A stretch of DNA of 64,000 nt, taken from positions 124,001-188,000 of the forward strand of contig QPGO01000009.1 of the NCBI GenBank assembly GCA_008632985.1, given 5' to 3'. Source of the DNA: Psammoneis japonica (lineage: Eukaryota). A program made the position numbers and the translations under genes. Position 1 is the first letter of the stretch; each line of letters begins with the position of its first letter. This document shows positions 10,901 to 25,562 of this stretch, piece by piece. Below the pieces are notes generated by a model. That model worked only from the letters and a program-made list of their open reading frames with translations, was not told the DNA's origin and did no database searches.

Positions 10901-13900
10901 CAACTGACATGCAGCTGTGGGTGACTGTCTTCAGGAGTGTTGTTTTGAGTCTCACAATGATGCCCAGATGAGCTGGTCATGCACTCAAGCTGGCCATCTG
11001 GAGCAAACAGTGGTTGCTGGTGGCTGAGAGCAAGGTCTTAGCCACCCACTGCATTGTGAGCTGGATTCATGTGTCAGCTTGTTGTGATGCCAAAGGAGCA
11101 CCCCTTGAAAGAGAAATGCGCTGACAAGCAACTTCAGACTGTTGTGTGCACCAATGGAAAGCACCCAAATTCAATGATGCAAGTTGGAGGTGGAGCAGTG
11201 CATTGTGTCACCATGTCAGCACACACCATTCCAAGGGACCAAAAAAAAGCCAGCATCATCAAAACCTGCCAAAGAAGTGGAGCTCACGGACAGAGAATGG
11301 TGACAGAAATGATGTCCCTGCAGCGTCACTCTGGTGATCTCTCTCATTTCACTTGGAGCCTCCCAGATTGTGGACACAGGATGCAAATCAGAAGTCTGAG
11401 TCATGCTGAGAAAAAAAATGACCAAGAGCATGGGCCCTCACCAAGCAGCCCAGCAGGAGAATGATGGCAAATGGGGCTCTGTGACATGTTCCAGCCATTG
11501 CAACAAGGTCACCAACATGACCCATGGAAGCAAGCAAAGAGTTTTCTGGCTTCTTTGCAGCTCACATGCTTGCTGGAGGATTGTGGCAGGTGCACATTCT
11601 CCAACTGCAAGTGCAAATGGCAAAAAAAATTGATTTTGCCACAAGGGGAGGACTGCCACAGAACTCTTTCTGCAAGGCCCTGCAACACTCCATTTTTCCA
11701 CATCCTGGCTGTGATTTGTCTGTTTTTTCTTGTCATTCTGTTGTGAATGGTGAAAGTGTGAGTTCATTCTGACTTTGCCTTTTCCTTCATGGCAGCACAG
11801 CACTGTCAAGTGGATGATCTTCAGGGAAAGAATTTGAGCCTTGTGGCACCTGGTTTCCAGCACTTCAAATTGCAGTTTTTTGTTTCAAGCAAGCAATCAA
11901 CATGTGAATTTAGATGGAGAGATTCTGAGTGTAGATTTGTGGACCTTCACCCAGAGTTCCTGGCACAATTTCAGGAGTGACGTGGTGCATGAAATTGCGC
12001 CAACCACAGCTTTTCACAAACTGCTGGTCCCAAAATCAACAATGATTCGTTCTTGAAATCCAACAAAATCTACAGAGAAAAGCACACCTCATCATGATCC
12101 AAGCTGTTCAAGTTCCACCACTGCCAGCCCTCCATTGTCACACTGTCACATTTGAGCACATCCACCATTTTGATCTCCATGGAAGACTTTGCGCCGCACA
12201 AAATCTCCATGATCAACGTGACCACAGGCATCCACTCCTCCCTTTTTCAATTGAGTTGACATGCCTGCTTGCACACAGACATCTTTTTGTTCCACACTTG
12301 GCTGTCTGAGTCAACAGAGTGACTCATTGTCCAACAGCTGTTTTGTGTGGGTGTTTTGTCTTTTTGCAACTTACGATGGCAAAGGCACCCACATCCAATG
12401 CCAGGCCACTTGTGTTTGGAAACAAGGCAAAAAAGCTGAGTGGAGCAAACAAAAGTGCAGCTGGTTGCCTTGATGCCATTTGCATTGAGTGACTCCAGTT
12501 GCAGTCTTTGTTGCCAGTGAAGCATCGCCAAGCATCAAATGCAACAGAACAAGAAAAAGAGTCAAAACTGCCTTTGTGACAATCAACAACAGGAGTGCAA
12601 ACATCTTCAATCCCACACTGGTTGCTCACTCAAGCTTTCCACAGCATTGTTTGAATTGTTGCCCAGCAATGGGAGCTGATGTCCATGAGGTTTGTGAGTT
12701 GTGGCAATGGTCCCGGAGGGCCACAACACAGCGCACACATGCAGGCTTGGGGTTTTGGTTTTTTTTTGGGGGGGGGGGGGGGGCTTGTTTTGTCTGGAGA
12801 CATGGGTTCTTGTGAGTGTGTCACACACAGCAGTGCGTGGTGCACCGTCCAGGCCCCAGTGGAGGGGTGAGTGGCAAGTGCTTCTGGCAGTGGCAAGCAG
12901 CACTTCACTGCATGCTGCAGTCTGCAGTGGCAGAGACAAGAGACAACAAGATGTGACACATGATGGTGGAAGACATGCCAGCCACAGATGAGTCATCCAG
13001 TGATGAGCCACCACTTCCACCTGCAGCTCCTCCTGCATCCAAGTGCAGTCTTCCCTGCTGGCAGGATGCTCAAGCAACTGAGCCTGGTCAGTTCTGATGG
13101 ACAAGATGAGACTCTCTCTCTCTCTCTCTTTCTTGCATGCAATCACAGGTCAGTCCAGGTGCCAAGCAGCTGAAGTGTTTTAAGTTCAATTGACCATCAA
13201 TTCTCAGTGCTTTCCAAATCTGGGCCCCCACTTTTTTCATCTGGGGGACTCCCCCTTTTGTTGAAAAATTCTCCCCCCAAAACCCCAAGCCCACATGCAT
13301 GCAACAGCGCAATCATTGACATCCTTGGCTTGGTGTGCAGTCAAGGTGCACGCAAATTGTCACAGACAAAGTTCTGTGTGCTGCGCACATTGAATTGCAG
13401 CAACAGACAAAGATGTGGTTGGACAGGAGCAGTGCAGATGCACTGTGGCCATTGATCTGCTGTGTGTCAACTCCAGATGCTGCACAAAATGAACAGCAGA
13501 AATGTCCAGCAATGTTGGTGGTGTGACCAGAGGGTTGGTCATTGTTGACACATCATTTGTTTGCACACACAGTTTGACAACAAAGTTTGAAGACATTTGC
13601 CATGCCATTTTGTTTCAGCATTGGTGGTGGGGGGGAGTGGGAGTTGTGGGGGGGTCAATCACAGTGGCACTGCTGTTGTTTGCATCTTTGCACTGAGTTT
13701 TTGCCATGAGCATTGTGAGTGGGTCCAGCTGAAACTGGCTGGCAGATGACAAAAAGTTGACAAGAACCATGATCCATGGTTGCTGGTGCAGCAGCACCTC
13801 TTTGCAAAATGCAGTGCCGGGGCAGGATGACAGCTCTTGCCATGTGTCCTCTTCACCCACAACAGATGCCGCCAGCACCTCTTTGAGTTTTTTTTCATGT

Positions 13901-14555
13901 GCTTGCACATCATGGACATGTGAGTCATTTAGAAGTGACAACAACATGCTCACAACACGAGTCAATGCATTGACTCATTTCAATTGCCAATGACAGGCAA
14001 TTGAGGTGAGCACATTTGAGCATGCACGAGCAATTTGTGTCAGAACTTTGCGGCTTGCTGGCTGTTCTCATCTGTTCCCAACCTTGCAGCATGGATTGCA
14101 AGCACAACTCTGATGCCATTGCTGTGCTGCCTTGGCGCAGAAGCCAAAAAGTGAGCTTGAGACGCACCTTCATGGTGAGTTGTGAGTGCAGGTTCATGAC
14201 ATTGCCAACAGTCATCAGCACTCATTCACTGCAGCATGTTTTCTGTCTGCCCTCCAAGAGCTGTGTCACACCCCAATGTTCCAACATGCTCCTTTGAATG
14301 GCTGGCCTCATGTGCACCCATCAAAAGAGAACAACAGTTGGAAGCCATGCTGCCCAACACTGCATCAACTGCTTTGTCAAGAGACCTGCAGCTGACGCCA
14401 TCCAACTCTGCCAACAAATGATGGCTGCCCTCATTGAGCGAAGCTCTCCTTCACATGCCCAGCCTTGTTCACTTCCAGCATTTGGCCCATCTCTTCTCCT
14501 GTTGCACAAAGCTTGCCCCCCCATGTTTCTTGTTGGCCCCGCACCACATTGAATG
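7977..14555. repeat. Degenerate TpA/CpG-depleted repeat-derived DNA, family unassigned
   Basis: Almost no TA or CG dinucleotides. (CT)n tracts at ~9080 and ~13110. 13990-14400 resembles modules at ~22.1 kb and ~52.3 kb. Confidence 0.5.
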
Positions 14556-14738
14556 AATGCTGATGTGGTGTTCGTGGCCTGTGCCACAGCACTCTTGCCC
14601 TTCTGTCATTGCCACACTTGTGTCTGCACTGCATCTCCCATGCAATTGGACGCTGTTGTCACTGTGACCCAAACACACGTCCACAGTTGTTCACCCACAC
14701 ACTGACCAAACACAGACCACTCCACTGGGATTCACTTG
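14556..14738 (-). repeat. 3' LTR of the Copia element (ends approximate)
   Basis: Direct repeat of 20692-20876 (AATGCTGATGTGGTGTT...CCACTCCACTGGGATT). Confidence 0.8.
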
Positions 14739-17700
14739 GTCCCTGCAAATTGGCAATGCTTTGCCAGCTCATCTGCTCAAAACATCCTCTCACAGAGAGG
14801 CAAAACACAAACCCAATTGGCCACCAGCCAGTCTGGCTTGGGAGGTCACAAGGCATGAACATGAGTTGCAAGCCCTGGACCTTGGCTGCAAGGGAACCAT
14901 CATTGCCAAAAGACAAATGAGCACAACTGCCAACACTTTTCACCTGTCACAAGCTCTGTCAATGGATCTGCCAAATTCGTCTCCGCATCTTCCTTTCCAA
15001 CTCTCACAATTCCAGCTGCAACTGCCTCTCTCACTGTGTGACAGTTGACTGCATTGTGCTTCTTGTGCAATGCAGATTCTGGGACACTGATGTTCTTCAC
15101 CACACCGTGGTTGTTGCAAAACACATTCAACAATCATGTCCTCACAAGTGCACATCACGACCAACTCACTGCCAAATGCAGAAGACTCAACTGCATTCTG
15201 CCACTTGCTGAACCACACAATTGGAAAATTGTTCACAAAGACAACTGCGCACTTTCTTGAGGGGCTGTGCAACCAATCCTTGGAATTTTCTGCAACTTTG
15301 CAGGCCATCTTGGTCATGAAAAACTTTTTGAGTGCTGCATCAAAAGTGCCCTCTTCACCACAGAGCAGCGCTTGCGTCATGCTGGCTCCTCTCCTTTGTT
15401 TGTGGACGTGGCCATTGATCTGTCAGCATTCTTTCTTAAACTCACAGGACAAGCAGCTGGGAATGCGAGATGCCATTGAAGTGGGCTCCTCGTCTGATGC
15501 CACACGAAGAATCATTTTGCAGGTTTTCATTGCATGGGCAGTGCCAGAGTGTGGCCTGCATGCAATGACATTTCCAGCATGATTTGCATCAACAAAAGCA
15601 TGCACAGTCGCCGGGTTTCCACACAGCTCAGGCACCTCAGGTGGCAACTCTTCTTCACAGAATGCAGTCCAATCTGCCACACTGTTGAACACAGACTCAT
15701 CAATCTCAGGACTCTTGGGATCAAATCCAACCCCACCTCTGCCCGGATGCTTTTTCACACATGCAAATGCATGGCACAAGGCTTCCATGTGACCTTTCCT
15801 TGGATTCGCCTGATGTTGAGAAAGCAAAGACACTTCAAACAAAATGACAACGTGGCCCAACTCAATCATCCATCTTGCAATTCCAACAAGCTGCAAATGC
15901 CGGGACATGGAGTCGGGGCCCAATTTGTCCGTCACACCCAACTCTGGCTTGTGCTTTGCTGGGAATGGATCCTTGCTTCACACTGTTCTTCAAGACTGCA
16001 CCATCCCTGTCCTCACTTGACAGATCTTCCACTGTCTTGATTGTGTTCTTGATGCGGTCCTCAGGTGAACTGGCCCAAATCATGCGACTGTCTTGTGTCT
16101 GAATCTTCTCTGTCATTGCTCCCAAACAAGTCTCAGGTTCTCCTTCACTCCCAGGCTTGATCTTGCAATGCTCGGCAACAGACTTGACAACTGACTTGCC
16201 TTGATGCAACATCATCAGTGCATCATCCACACACACCAATGGCATCTCACAGTGCTTGTGCCCGTCTTTGCAAACTGCTGCTCACAAGGCTCAAATGCAC
16301 ATTGGGATCCGCTCATGTCGGTTTGAAACCCACATCTCACAAAGCAGAAGAAAATGTCAATTGCCATGAAAACCCTGCACTTTTCAATCCGTGAAGTGCT
16401 CTCACTGCAACCAATGCACACCCTTTGAACTTGTTGTCACACTCAGCTCCACCTTTGAACCATGTCTTCTCTGCACACGGTGCACTCAAACAAGCACTCT
16501 CCAAGTCGATTGCAGCAACATCCACATTGTTCAAGGCTGCTGGCACAAAAGCAATTCGTGCACTGTCCCTCAAGACAATGCTTGAGTGCGTGATTGAATC
16601 CAGTGCTTTTGCAGTGTGACCTCCAGCTGCAAACCTGGCCTTGCAGGTGAAATCCATCTTGACGTGAAACACCACATGGCATTGCATCTCTTGACATCCA
16701 CACAGCTTCTGACTCTTTCCTTCATGGACTTGTTGTGGAGTTTTGCCATTGTGCTTTTCCCATGCCACCTTTGCCTCAGTCATCTCCTTGTCAATGGCTC
16801 TGGCCCAATGGTCTGTCCCTGTCCCATGATCAATGTGCAGTGCTTCATCAACACTCTTTGGCAACTTGACCCCAAACTTGTGAGTGATTCACCAGCACTT
16901 TGACTTGACCTTTGACACAATGTGGCTTCATTTCCTTGGCACATGGGGTGCCCACCAAGCAAACACTGGTTCATTGGCAATTCTGTTGGCCACTGCATGC
17001 TCTGCCACTTCAACAGGATTAGAGTCCTTGACGTCTTTCAATTTGACCCAGTCAGAGCTGCCGTCCTTCCATGCCATCAGTGACTCCCAACCTTTTGTCA
17101 TCTTCTTCTTCTTGCTTTGACCTCCTGCAGTCTCAACTGTGCCATCATCCTTCAAAATTGCTTCCCACATCATCCTGTGGTCTTGAACTTCATGCAAAAC
17201 AGAGCACTGATGACCCTCATTGTTGACCTGAGCGGGCATGTTCTCAGCTGTGACATCTGTGTGCTCGATTTTGCACTCTCTTGCATCAAACAATGGGCTC
17301 TGATGTCTCCATCCCATTGGTTTGCCATCATGACCTCTTGCTCTCATTGCAACTGCACCATGCCTTTCTCCTTCTGTTCCGACATCCACCAGGATTAGCT
17401 CCATGCCAAGGCACTGGTCCATGGCTTCCTCGTCATCATCATCAGGGCACTCTTGTCATCTGTCAGCATGTCACCATGTTCTTTGTCATCTGGCACAACA
17501 CCTCCTTCACACTGCACATTGCACAATCATTGAAACAGAAGAATGCTGGGACTGCCTTGTCTCCTTCAAGCACAAAGTTCATGTCATCCAATCATTTTTT
17601 CAGAGCTTCACTGAGCTCATTGATCCATTTTCTTTTGTCCAACTCAACACAGTCTGCCTGCACAACTTGCTCCATGGAGGTTTCAGACACCAACTTGCTG

Positions 17701-20672
17701 CTCTCAGTCACAATCCAGCGACACATGTCCAACCCGACTTCATGTGATGTGCCAAGCCATCTTCCAAGCCGCCCAGGATCTGCAGTTGCACTTGGCTTCA
17801 AATCCGGTCTATCCTGCCACCAAACCAGGTCACAGAATCCAAAATCTGGGTGCTCCCTAATCTCTGGTGTTTGTCCTGTCACTTTTTCACATCTGGCTTT
17901 CCTGTCTTGACCTCGTGCCATTCTTGACAGCAACTCAGGTTCATGTGCTAGACCAAAATCCCACAATTGCTTTGGAGCTTTCTTCTCATTCATTCGCAGC
18001 CTCCAGTGCTCAGCCAAGAAACCTGTCTCCCATTCTGCTGTGTGACTCTGGTTCTTCCTGCCTTGTTCTGAGTTCCTGAGCTGTGTGCGCATGCGTCTCA
18101 CATGTTTCACAAAATCTGCATTCTTGCCAGTGAATTCTCCTGCCTCGTCCGTCAACAAGAACTTGGGCGCTCCAACATCGTCTGTGAACTCAACTGACGA
18201 TTGTCCTGCTTCCAACTGAGCTGTCATCAGGGTGACCTTTACAAACTTTCCCTGAGTGCAATCATTGGCACAAGTGTTGCCAAGAATGGACTTGACTTTT
18301 GAAATGAGGGTGTCAGCAAACCATGTCCCTTTTAGTCTCTTCCAGTGCAAATCCAGGCAATCCACATGAACACGCCTTGACAATGGCTGCATTGCTGTCC
18401 TGACACCTCGCTGAGTTGTGACATTGAGAGTGTCCTTTGCCGCATCTGGGCCAACATTCCACTTCCATGCTGGCTCCTCTGCTGTGATCTTTGAGTGCCG
18501 ATCCTTTGCACAATGTTCTGAGACTTTCTGTTCCAACCTGTCAACGTCCTCCCTGCAGGCACACTCAATCTTTGCAGATGCAATCATGCGGTCACAAAGT
18601 GTCAGAAGGTGATGAGTTGGGGAAATGCTTGCCACAGCCTCCTCAACTTCTCCCCACCATTGGACCGCTGCAGACTTGTCTTGCCCTGCTCTTGACTCTG
18701 ACATCTCTGACTTTCACATGTGGGGTGCCAATGATTGGATGGCCTGCATCTCCTGTTGCTCTCTGGTCTCATTCAGAAAACCCCCATGTCAACTTCTGAT
18801 GGATTCCAAGTGTCACCTGCAAGTGAGACAACTGGCAAATTCTGTTCCTCCCATTCTGTGGGCACTCAAGACTCAAAAGACACAACTGTCCCTGTGGCAT
18901 GAAAAGGCACAAAGGCTTCTTCCGTTGAAACACCAAAGCTGTCTTGGGGATTGCAAGGGTTGTCATTTGCCAAGACATTGCATGCTGTTCCATTTGCTGT
19001 CTGAACCATGACATCTGATCACCAACCAACAAATGTTTGGCTGCAGCATCAGGATCTGTCAAAACAGCACAACATTGAGCAACTGGAATTTGTTTGACCA
19101 GATCACATGATTCAAGGAATGGACTCACTTCACACATTTCATCAGTGGTCTCCATCAACTTCCAGTTCACTCCTGCACAACACATGTCCCCCACAAGCAA
19201 AGCCCCTGCCTGGGCCTCCATCATGGGACATTTCCGACATCTTGCACTTTGAACAATGCTGGGCCTCTAATTGGGATGCACCATGCAAACAAGAAACTTC
19301 AGCAGAGAAAAGAGGGCACACACACCAGGAAAGTTGCCAGGACGCTGCTGGCTGATCACAGGAATGCAAGCTTGCAGCCAAACATTGTTGATCTTAACCC
19401 CTCTCTGGAGAATCTCAACTTTTTGCCCTTCTGTCTTGCCCTGGTCCTCATCCTTTGCCAAGGTTGCAAATGCACTGGTGAGTTTTGCTGTGTGCTGTTC
19501 AAACAACAGGCGATGCTTGTTTTTACAGTGCAATGACCTGATGTTTGCCAATGCCAACTGAGTGCACTTGCCAAGCTCTCCCTGTCCATTGCAATGGTCT
19601 GTCCATGCCCAAAAAAGGCATCTCTCCCATTCTTTGTGCCGCTGTGGGCTTCAATCCAAGTCATTGCTTCCTTGTTTGCCATGTGAGCTTTCAACAAATG
19701 ACACACAGTGTGATTGTCCTGGTCAAATGCCACCCCATTCAAGCTCAATTGATGCACATGCTCCTCAACTGTGTCAACGAATGTGGCCGCTGCTGCTGCT
19801 GGCCTTGCCATGCAACACAATGGCTCTTTTAATGCCCCAACGTTCTGTGAGACAAGAGGTTCAAAAATGCATCCTCCATCACATCAAAATCATCCGACTT
19901 GAATGCCGGCAAGGAGCTGACCAACACTTTGGATTCAACCATGTCTTTTTCAATGTGCTTCTTCTGGCAAGGCAGCATCAACTGGTGCTGCCTGATTGAA
20001 AAGTGCTGAATCCAATGCAAGGCTGTGCTTCTGATGATCACAAAGCCACCAGCCCAAAGCTTGCAAGTTCTTAATTTGGACAGTGCCAAGTGTTGCTCTC
20101 CCATCCTGGTTGGCATGACTGCCAACCCTGTTTGCCATGTCTTCCATGTCCCAGTCACCTTCCATTGCTGCAATGTTTTCCAGTGTCACAAGTCCATCAC
20201 AACACACCAAGCAAGCTCTTGCATTGATGTTGGCAATGCCACATGTCTGCAGAACATCATCAACATCCACTGCATGGACAGGAGACTGAACGCTCTGCGA
20301 GCACCATGGTGACAGGTCCACACAGTCAACTGGCAATGGGAGGCCACCCCATGCCAATTTGTCTGAGTGGTGAGCACACACTCTGGGCATGCCACCGCCC
20401 CCACACTGCTCTGTTTGACGCCTCTAGCACACATTGAAAACCAATTGATTCACAAGTGTGACACCATTTCAACCACAGCAATTCTCATGGTTGGTTGGCA
20501 TTTGTTGCAAAATCTGATGTTGCCCGATGCACACACGCAAAAACCAGCACTGCTTCTGTGGCTGACACCCATGTGGTTCTGCACAGCAGCAACAAATGGC
20601 CACATGTGTTGTTTTGTTTCACACCCGTGTGATGACAATTCCATTGTGCTCAGATGCTCAACAACAGACCAT

Positions 20673-20684
20673 GGCTCTGACAAA
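20673..20684 (-). promoter_or_regulatory. Probable degenerate initiator-Met tRNA primer-binding site
   Basis: Minus strand TGTCAGAGCC next to the 5' LTR matches the core of the canonical TGGTATCAGAGCC with one TA->TG change. Confidence 0.5.
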
Positions 20685-20691
20685 GCAAACA

Positions 20692-20876
20692 AATGCTGAT
20701 GTGGTGTTGCGGCCTGTGCTGCAACACTCTTGCCCTTCTGTTGTTGCCACACTTGTGTCTGCACTGCAATTCCCATGCAATTAGATGTTGTCATCATTGT
20801 GACCCAAATGTGTGTCCACAGTCATTCACCCACACACTGACCAAATGCAGGCCACTCCACTGGGATTTGCTTGACA
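20692..20876 (-). repeat. 5' LTR of the Copia element (ends approximate)
   Basis: Direct repeat of 14556-14738; begins TGTCAAG on the minus strand. Confidence 0.8.
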
Positions 20877-20879
20877 TGT

Positions 20880-22520
20880 CCAACACCTGCAGCACCTCCT
20901 TGGCTGAGTTGGTGGGGTGGCTGTCAACCCCCAGTGCAAGCTGCCAGTGTGGGTCCTTCAAGACACACCAACCCTCATTTTAGAGGGTGCCTTCCATGAG
21001 CAGCACTGCCAACAACTTGCTCCTCTCTTTCTTCTGAGTGTCCTCAGCATCCGTGCTGAACCCATCTTCTTTCTTGGCAATTTCTTCTGGGACAACTCTG
21101 CTGCAGGACCCTCCCACCATCTCAGCAGCACTTGCAAGCTAACTGCAATGATCTTGAAGTGCCTCTCTTTCATCTTGATGAGCGAGCATCAGCCAGCTGG
21201 TGCTTCCAAGCCTCAACAGCCTGAGTGTGCAAGTAGATTCTCTTGGCTGCATTGACCAAGATCAGCTTGTTGCATTGACCAAGATCAACTTGAAAATTTC
21301 CAACAGCACCACCATGTCCCACTCTGTTGTGGCCCTTGCAAACTCCATCACTCCTTTGACCTTGTGATGGATGGCCTTTGTTCACTGTCCTGCAGTTAAA
21401 AAAGAAACACCCTTGCCTTCTGCATCTCACAGATTGTGCCCCATCTCATGTGGTGACCACCTCATTTCCCCCCAAAAAGCCCCATCCTTCTCTGATGCTG
21501 TTGCCTCTGATGGATGCTTCAGCTCATCCAGTTTGTTCTCCTGCCTCAGAGATGCCAGCAGCTGTGTCTCCAGCCCAGGTGCTCTTCTGACATGCTTGCT
21601 TGTTCTCCTTGCAGTCTCCATGTGCCAGTCGGCCTGTCAACCTGACTTGGCAATGGCGCCACATGCCTGCTCCTTCAAATCTTTCATGCTTCTGTGCTCT
21701 GCTGCATCCTTGCCCATGTCAATGCTTCTGCTGGTCCAACACAACATCGCCACACCCTCTGTTGGCAGACCCTTGCAGCTTCCTCACAGCAAGGTCCTCC
21801 AGAGGCTGTTTCTTTGCCTCCAGTCACTCCTTCAACCAGAGCAACAATTCTGCAATGACTCTTGTCAGCTCAGCAAACTCAAATGCCATGATTGCTCACA
21901 CCAACCAAGTCTTGGATTCTTCTTGATTTCCCAGCCAGCCTTTTTCACTTCTGTGTTGGAACTTCATGGCCTTCCCACTGATCTGCGCCAGTCTTGCTGA
22001 TTCCCAAACTCACCACGTGGACTGCAAACACAGCTCCAATGCTGTCGCCATGTTGCCCTGATGCAGAAGCTGAAAAATGAGTCCAAGCACAGACCCACAT
22101 TCATGGCAAGCTGCAAATGTGGATTTGCAATGTTGTCAACAGCTGCCAGTGTTCTTCCACTGTGACATTGTTCATCTGTCCTCCAAAAACTGTGATGTGC
22201 TCCAATGTTCCCACAATTGAGCATGTGTGAAGCACAGCAGCTGGACCAAATGCTGTCATGAGGGCTGTCAACCAGCAGCTCTGGCAGCTGGAGCAGCCAA
22301 GTGTGAAAGCTGAGCCGCCAGCACCAGCAGATTGGCTCAAACTAATGATGAAACAGGCTGTGTTTTGTGCTGCTCAGCAAGGGAAGAACAGTGGCTCTCC
22401 ACTGCTCTCCATGTCTTTGATGCTGAGAGAAAAGTGACTGGCAATTCAAGTGAGCACATTTGAGCTCATTTGAGCATGTTGAGTGCATGTGAGCACATGC
22501 GAGCACACATGAGCACATTT
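20880..22520 (-). mobile_element. Degraded gag-like repeat fragment; related copies at ~43.6-44.2, ~46.6-47.0 and ~51.1-53.2 kb
   Basis: Shared peptides LRQENKL(D/E)EL.HPS.ATA (21.5 and 51.8 kb) and shared DNA GCTGAACCCATCTTCTTT.TTGGCAATTTCTTCTGG (21055 and 52841). Ends in ~10-bp GAGCACAT repeats. Confidence 0.6.
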
Positions 22521-25500
22521 TTTTAAAGCACAGCTGGCGGTGATTGAAGCACAGCCAGTGGCGACATTGGCGAATTTTGTGATTACATCAGCAGAAATGG
22601 CGACATGAGACAAGTGAGTTTTTTCATTTCAGCAAAGGTTTGCAAAACTCATTGCTGTGTGCACACCTGTGGGGGTGGCATGAGTGCCACAGCATCTGTC
22701 CTGGCATGTTTTGCACATGACTGCAGCACTTTCCAGTGGTTTTTGCTGTCAGCACTTTGTGCTGGTGTTGCCAGCAAGCACTGCAGTGTTGTCAGGAAAA
22801 TTGAGCCAGCCTGCTCCAACAAGATTGACACCCCTGAACTGCAAGAGTGCTCCCTTCATTCATGAGTCATGAGCACAAGCACAAATGCCATGTGGCTTGT
22901 CTGAGAGGAAAATTGAGCCCCGGTTTTCTCCCTTGTTCTTTTTGTCACTGAGTCAGAGACAGCACAGCACCCAACAAATGACAAGAGCAGCATCAAAGGG
23001 AATGGGGGGTGATGATTTGATGTCCATTGCAACAAAAGCCACAACATTTTTTAATGACATGCAACGACAACATGGGAAACAAACTTGTTGCTGCTTCTTT
23101 GCACTCAAAATGAATGGTGCATGTTCAGTGCATTGCTGGACTCATCACCCTTGCCAACCAAATTGACAAGTTGCACACATTGTGAGCAGTGCTTTTTTGT
23201 GTTGTTTGTTGCAGCACACATGATCAGGTGCCAAACCCACTGGGGCCTAAATTTGGAAATCCTCTTGCTGGCTGACAAACAGACCACATTCTGGGAAAAG
23301 GTGTGTGAGCATGAGCACACAAATTTGTCAGTGACAAATTAGCCCAATTTGTCAATTGGCCCAGTTTGTCACAACAAATCAAACCTGTTTGTGGTGACAA
23401 ATGGGTGTGACTTGCAAATGAACAAATGTCTTTTCCTCCCCCAACAAATGCCCAAGTTTGAAAATCAAGAACACGCCAACTTCACAAGTTTGACACCCAT
23501 GAAGCACTTTGTTCAATGTTTGCAACCAGCTGACTGAGAATTGATTGGTTGGCTGGCATTTTCAAATGCCTGATTTGTGATGCAGCACTGCAACTCATTT
23601 TCAATCCACCACCCAAAATGCAGTTTTGCAGCTGGGAATCGCTGTGCACTCTGACGTCAAACAATGCAGCTGCGCCATTTGTTTTTGTCCACTGAACCAC
23701 CATCAACTCCAGTTCGTGTGTTTCCACACAGCTTGCTGTGTGGTCTCCCTCATTGTCCAATGTGTCAAGTCCCCCCCCCCCCCCACTTGTTTTCTGCAGC
23801 TTTCCAGATTCACCCTGTGCAAATGCTCCCATCAGCCAAGTTGATGTCCACAACCCAGTCCTCGAAGAACTTGTTTGCCCTTGGCAACCACCCCCTGCTC
23901 TTCCTTGGCATCTTGCATCACTTCCCACTGCCTGCACTTTCCTCTGTGCTGGCCAGAGTGGCCTGCTGTGAAGTGCTTGAGTCATCTCATGCACTGTCTT
24001 TGTTTACAATGAGCTCCTTGTTGGGCAGCTCCATGTGGCTGTTGAGCTTGTTTGTGACTTCTGTCAAAGTGGACAGCCAACCCTTTGTTTGCCACTCTTC
24101 TCAAACTTTCTTGATGTTGTCATTTTACTTCTTTTGGGACTTTTCCCTTGCCTTCTTGAACTCTTCCACCACTTCTTGCACAGCTTCTTGTTCTGAGGGT
24201 CTTTCTCCAACAGAGCAAAAAAGTGCTTGAGAAATCTTCACCATTGTGCTCTGCTGCAGCCAGGGAGGGCATGTTTTGTTTTCACACAAGCCCTCTCTTC
24301 CCGCAGGGCTTCCCTCATCATCAAGCTCTGCACCACAATCCATGTTGTTGCTCTTGTGCTCTGCATGCTGCACATCAAAGTTGTCACATCAAAGTCATTC
24401 TTCAGCAGCATGTGGGCAAATGTTCCAACACACAACACACACATCCTCTTGTTTTAAGCAAGGCTCTTCTTCCAACATGCTTCTCCCATGACAGGACACA
24501 ACAGGCAGCTTCAGAGTGCAGCGTGCAGTGTTGGATTTATCAACCATTCTTGGAATTGCTCTGGCAATGACAGCACACAACTGTTGTTGTCACAGCATGT
24601 GCACAGCACTGCATCAATGCAAGTGGCAAATGGCACAACATTGATGTCAGTGTTGAATGTTGACAAATGAAAAGAATTTGTGACACTTGCAGTGAAATCT
24701 GTCCTGCTGTGCCTGCAAGCATTGGATCTCTTAGCCACCAGCCACTCCTGGTGCAACCTGTCTTGTTTTGTTTTCATCCACAGGGGTTGCAGGCATGTCT
24801 TCTGCTGCAGCTCTAGCAGCTCTGCAAGCATGCCATTCACCAAGGTCAGCACACAATTCTGGGTGAAGTCTTGGCACAGTCATGTCAAGTGCAAATGTGG
24901 TGCTCAGAAGTGCTTTTTCTTTGACATGGTGTCTCACCTTGATGATGTCTCTGCCAGCCTGTTTGTCATTGACCATCCACTCACTTAGTCTCACTTGCCT
25001 GTGAGCTGCAGTTTCCATGTTCCCTTTTTTTGTGGCGCCTTTTCCCACCATTTGGGTCAGCGATGCAGGTTCTCCTGCATGGTTTTGCAAGGTGAGCCCC
25101 CTTTTTTGTGCTTCTTGTGATCTGAAAAACAGTGGGTTGATGTGCTGCTCCAACTGCGCATGAGCCAAGTTGTGCACAAAAACAACATTTGAAAAATTTT
25201 CACGTGTCTCTGACTTGTGACCAAGCTTGCACCACCAAAAACACAGATTCACCCAAATGTTGATGTTTTGCAAGACTTGCAAGACTTGTGTCAGTGTTGC
25301 AATGTTGTTGTTTTTGTGCTGTCAATGTTTTTCATTGCAGCAAGTGAGTCACAGCGGTGGTTTTTGGCAAAAATGTTGAAGATTTGTGTGCACTGGGTGT
25401 TTGGGTGTTAACACAAAATGTGTTTTTGCTGAACGCTCTGGCCAGAGTGGGCACTCTGCCTGCAAAGGCTTCGTCGCACCCATGCTGCAGTGCTGTCATG

Positions 25501-25562
25501 CAATCAGTGTGTTGAGTCTGCTCAGAAATTCATGATGCATGTCCCATGAGAACTTGAGTGCC

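Larger units (their letters stand above)
14556..20876 (-). mobile_element. Full-length but degraded Ty1/Copia LTR retrotransposon (resembles diatom CoDi-type elements)
   Basis: Minus-strand fragments in Copia order: gag, integrase (WFADT, LTDEAGEF), TKGWE..WKDGSSDWV.LKD.KDSNP.EVAE motif, RT (KARFAAGGH, ALHGLKSAG, CVDD), RNase H (FVDANHAG, ESSAFGSE, NLADPLT). Bounded by ~185-bp direct repeats. Confidence 0.88.

Noticed and set aside
12768..12783. Poly-G run as a G-quadruplex or regulatory element
   Set aside because: A homopolymer in degraded repeat DNA, length unreliable, no supporting context.
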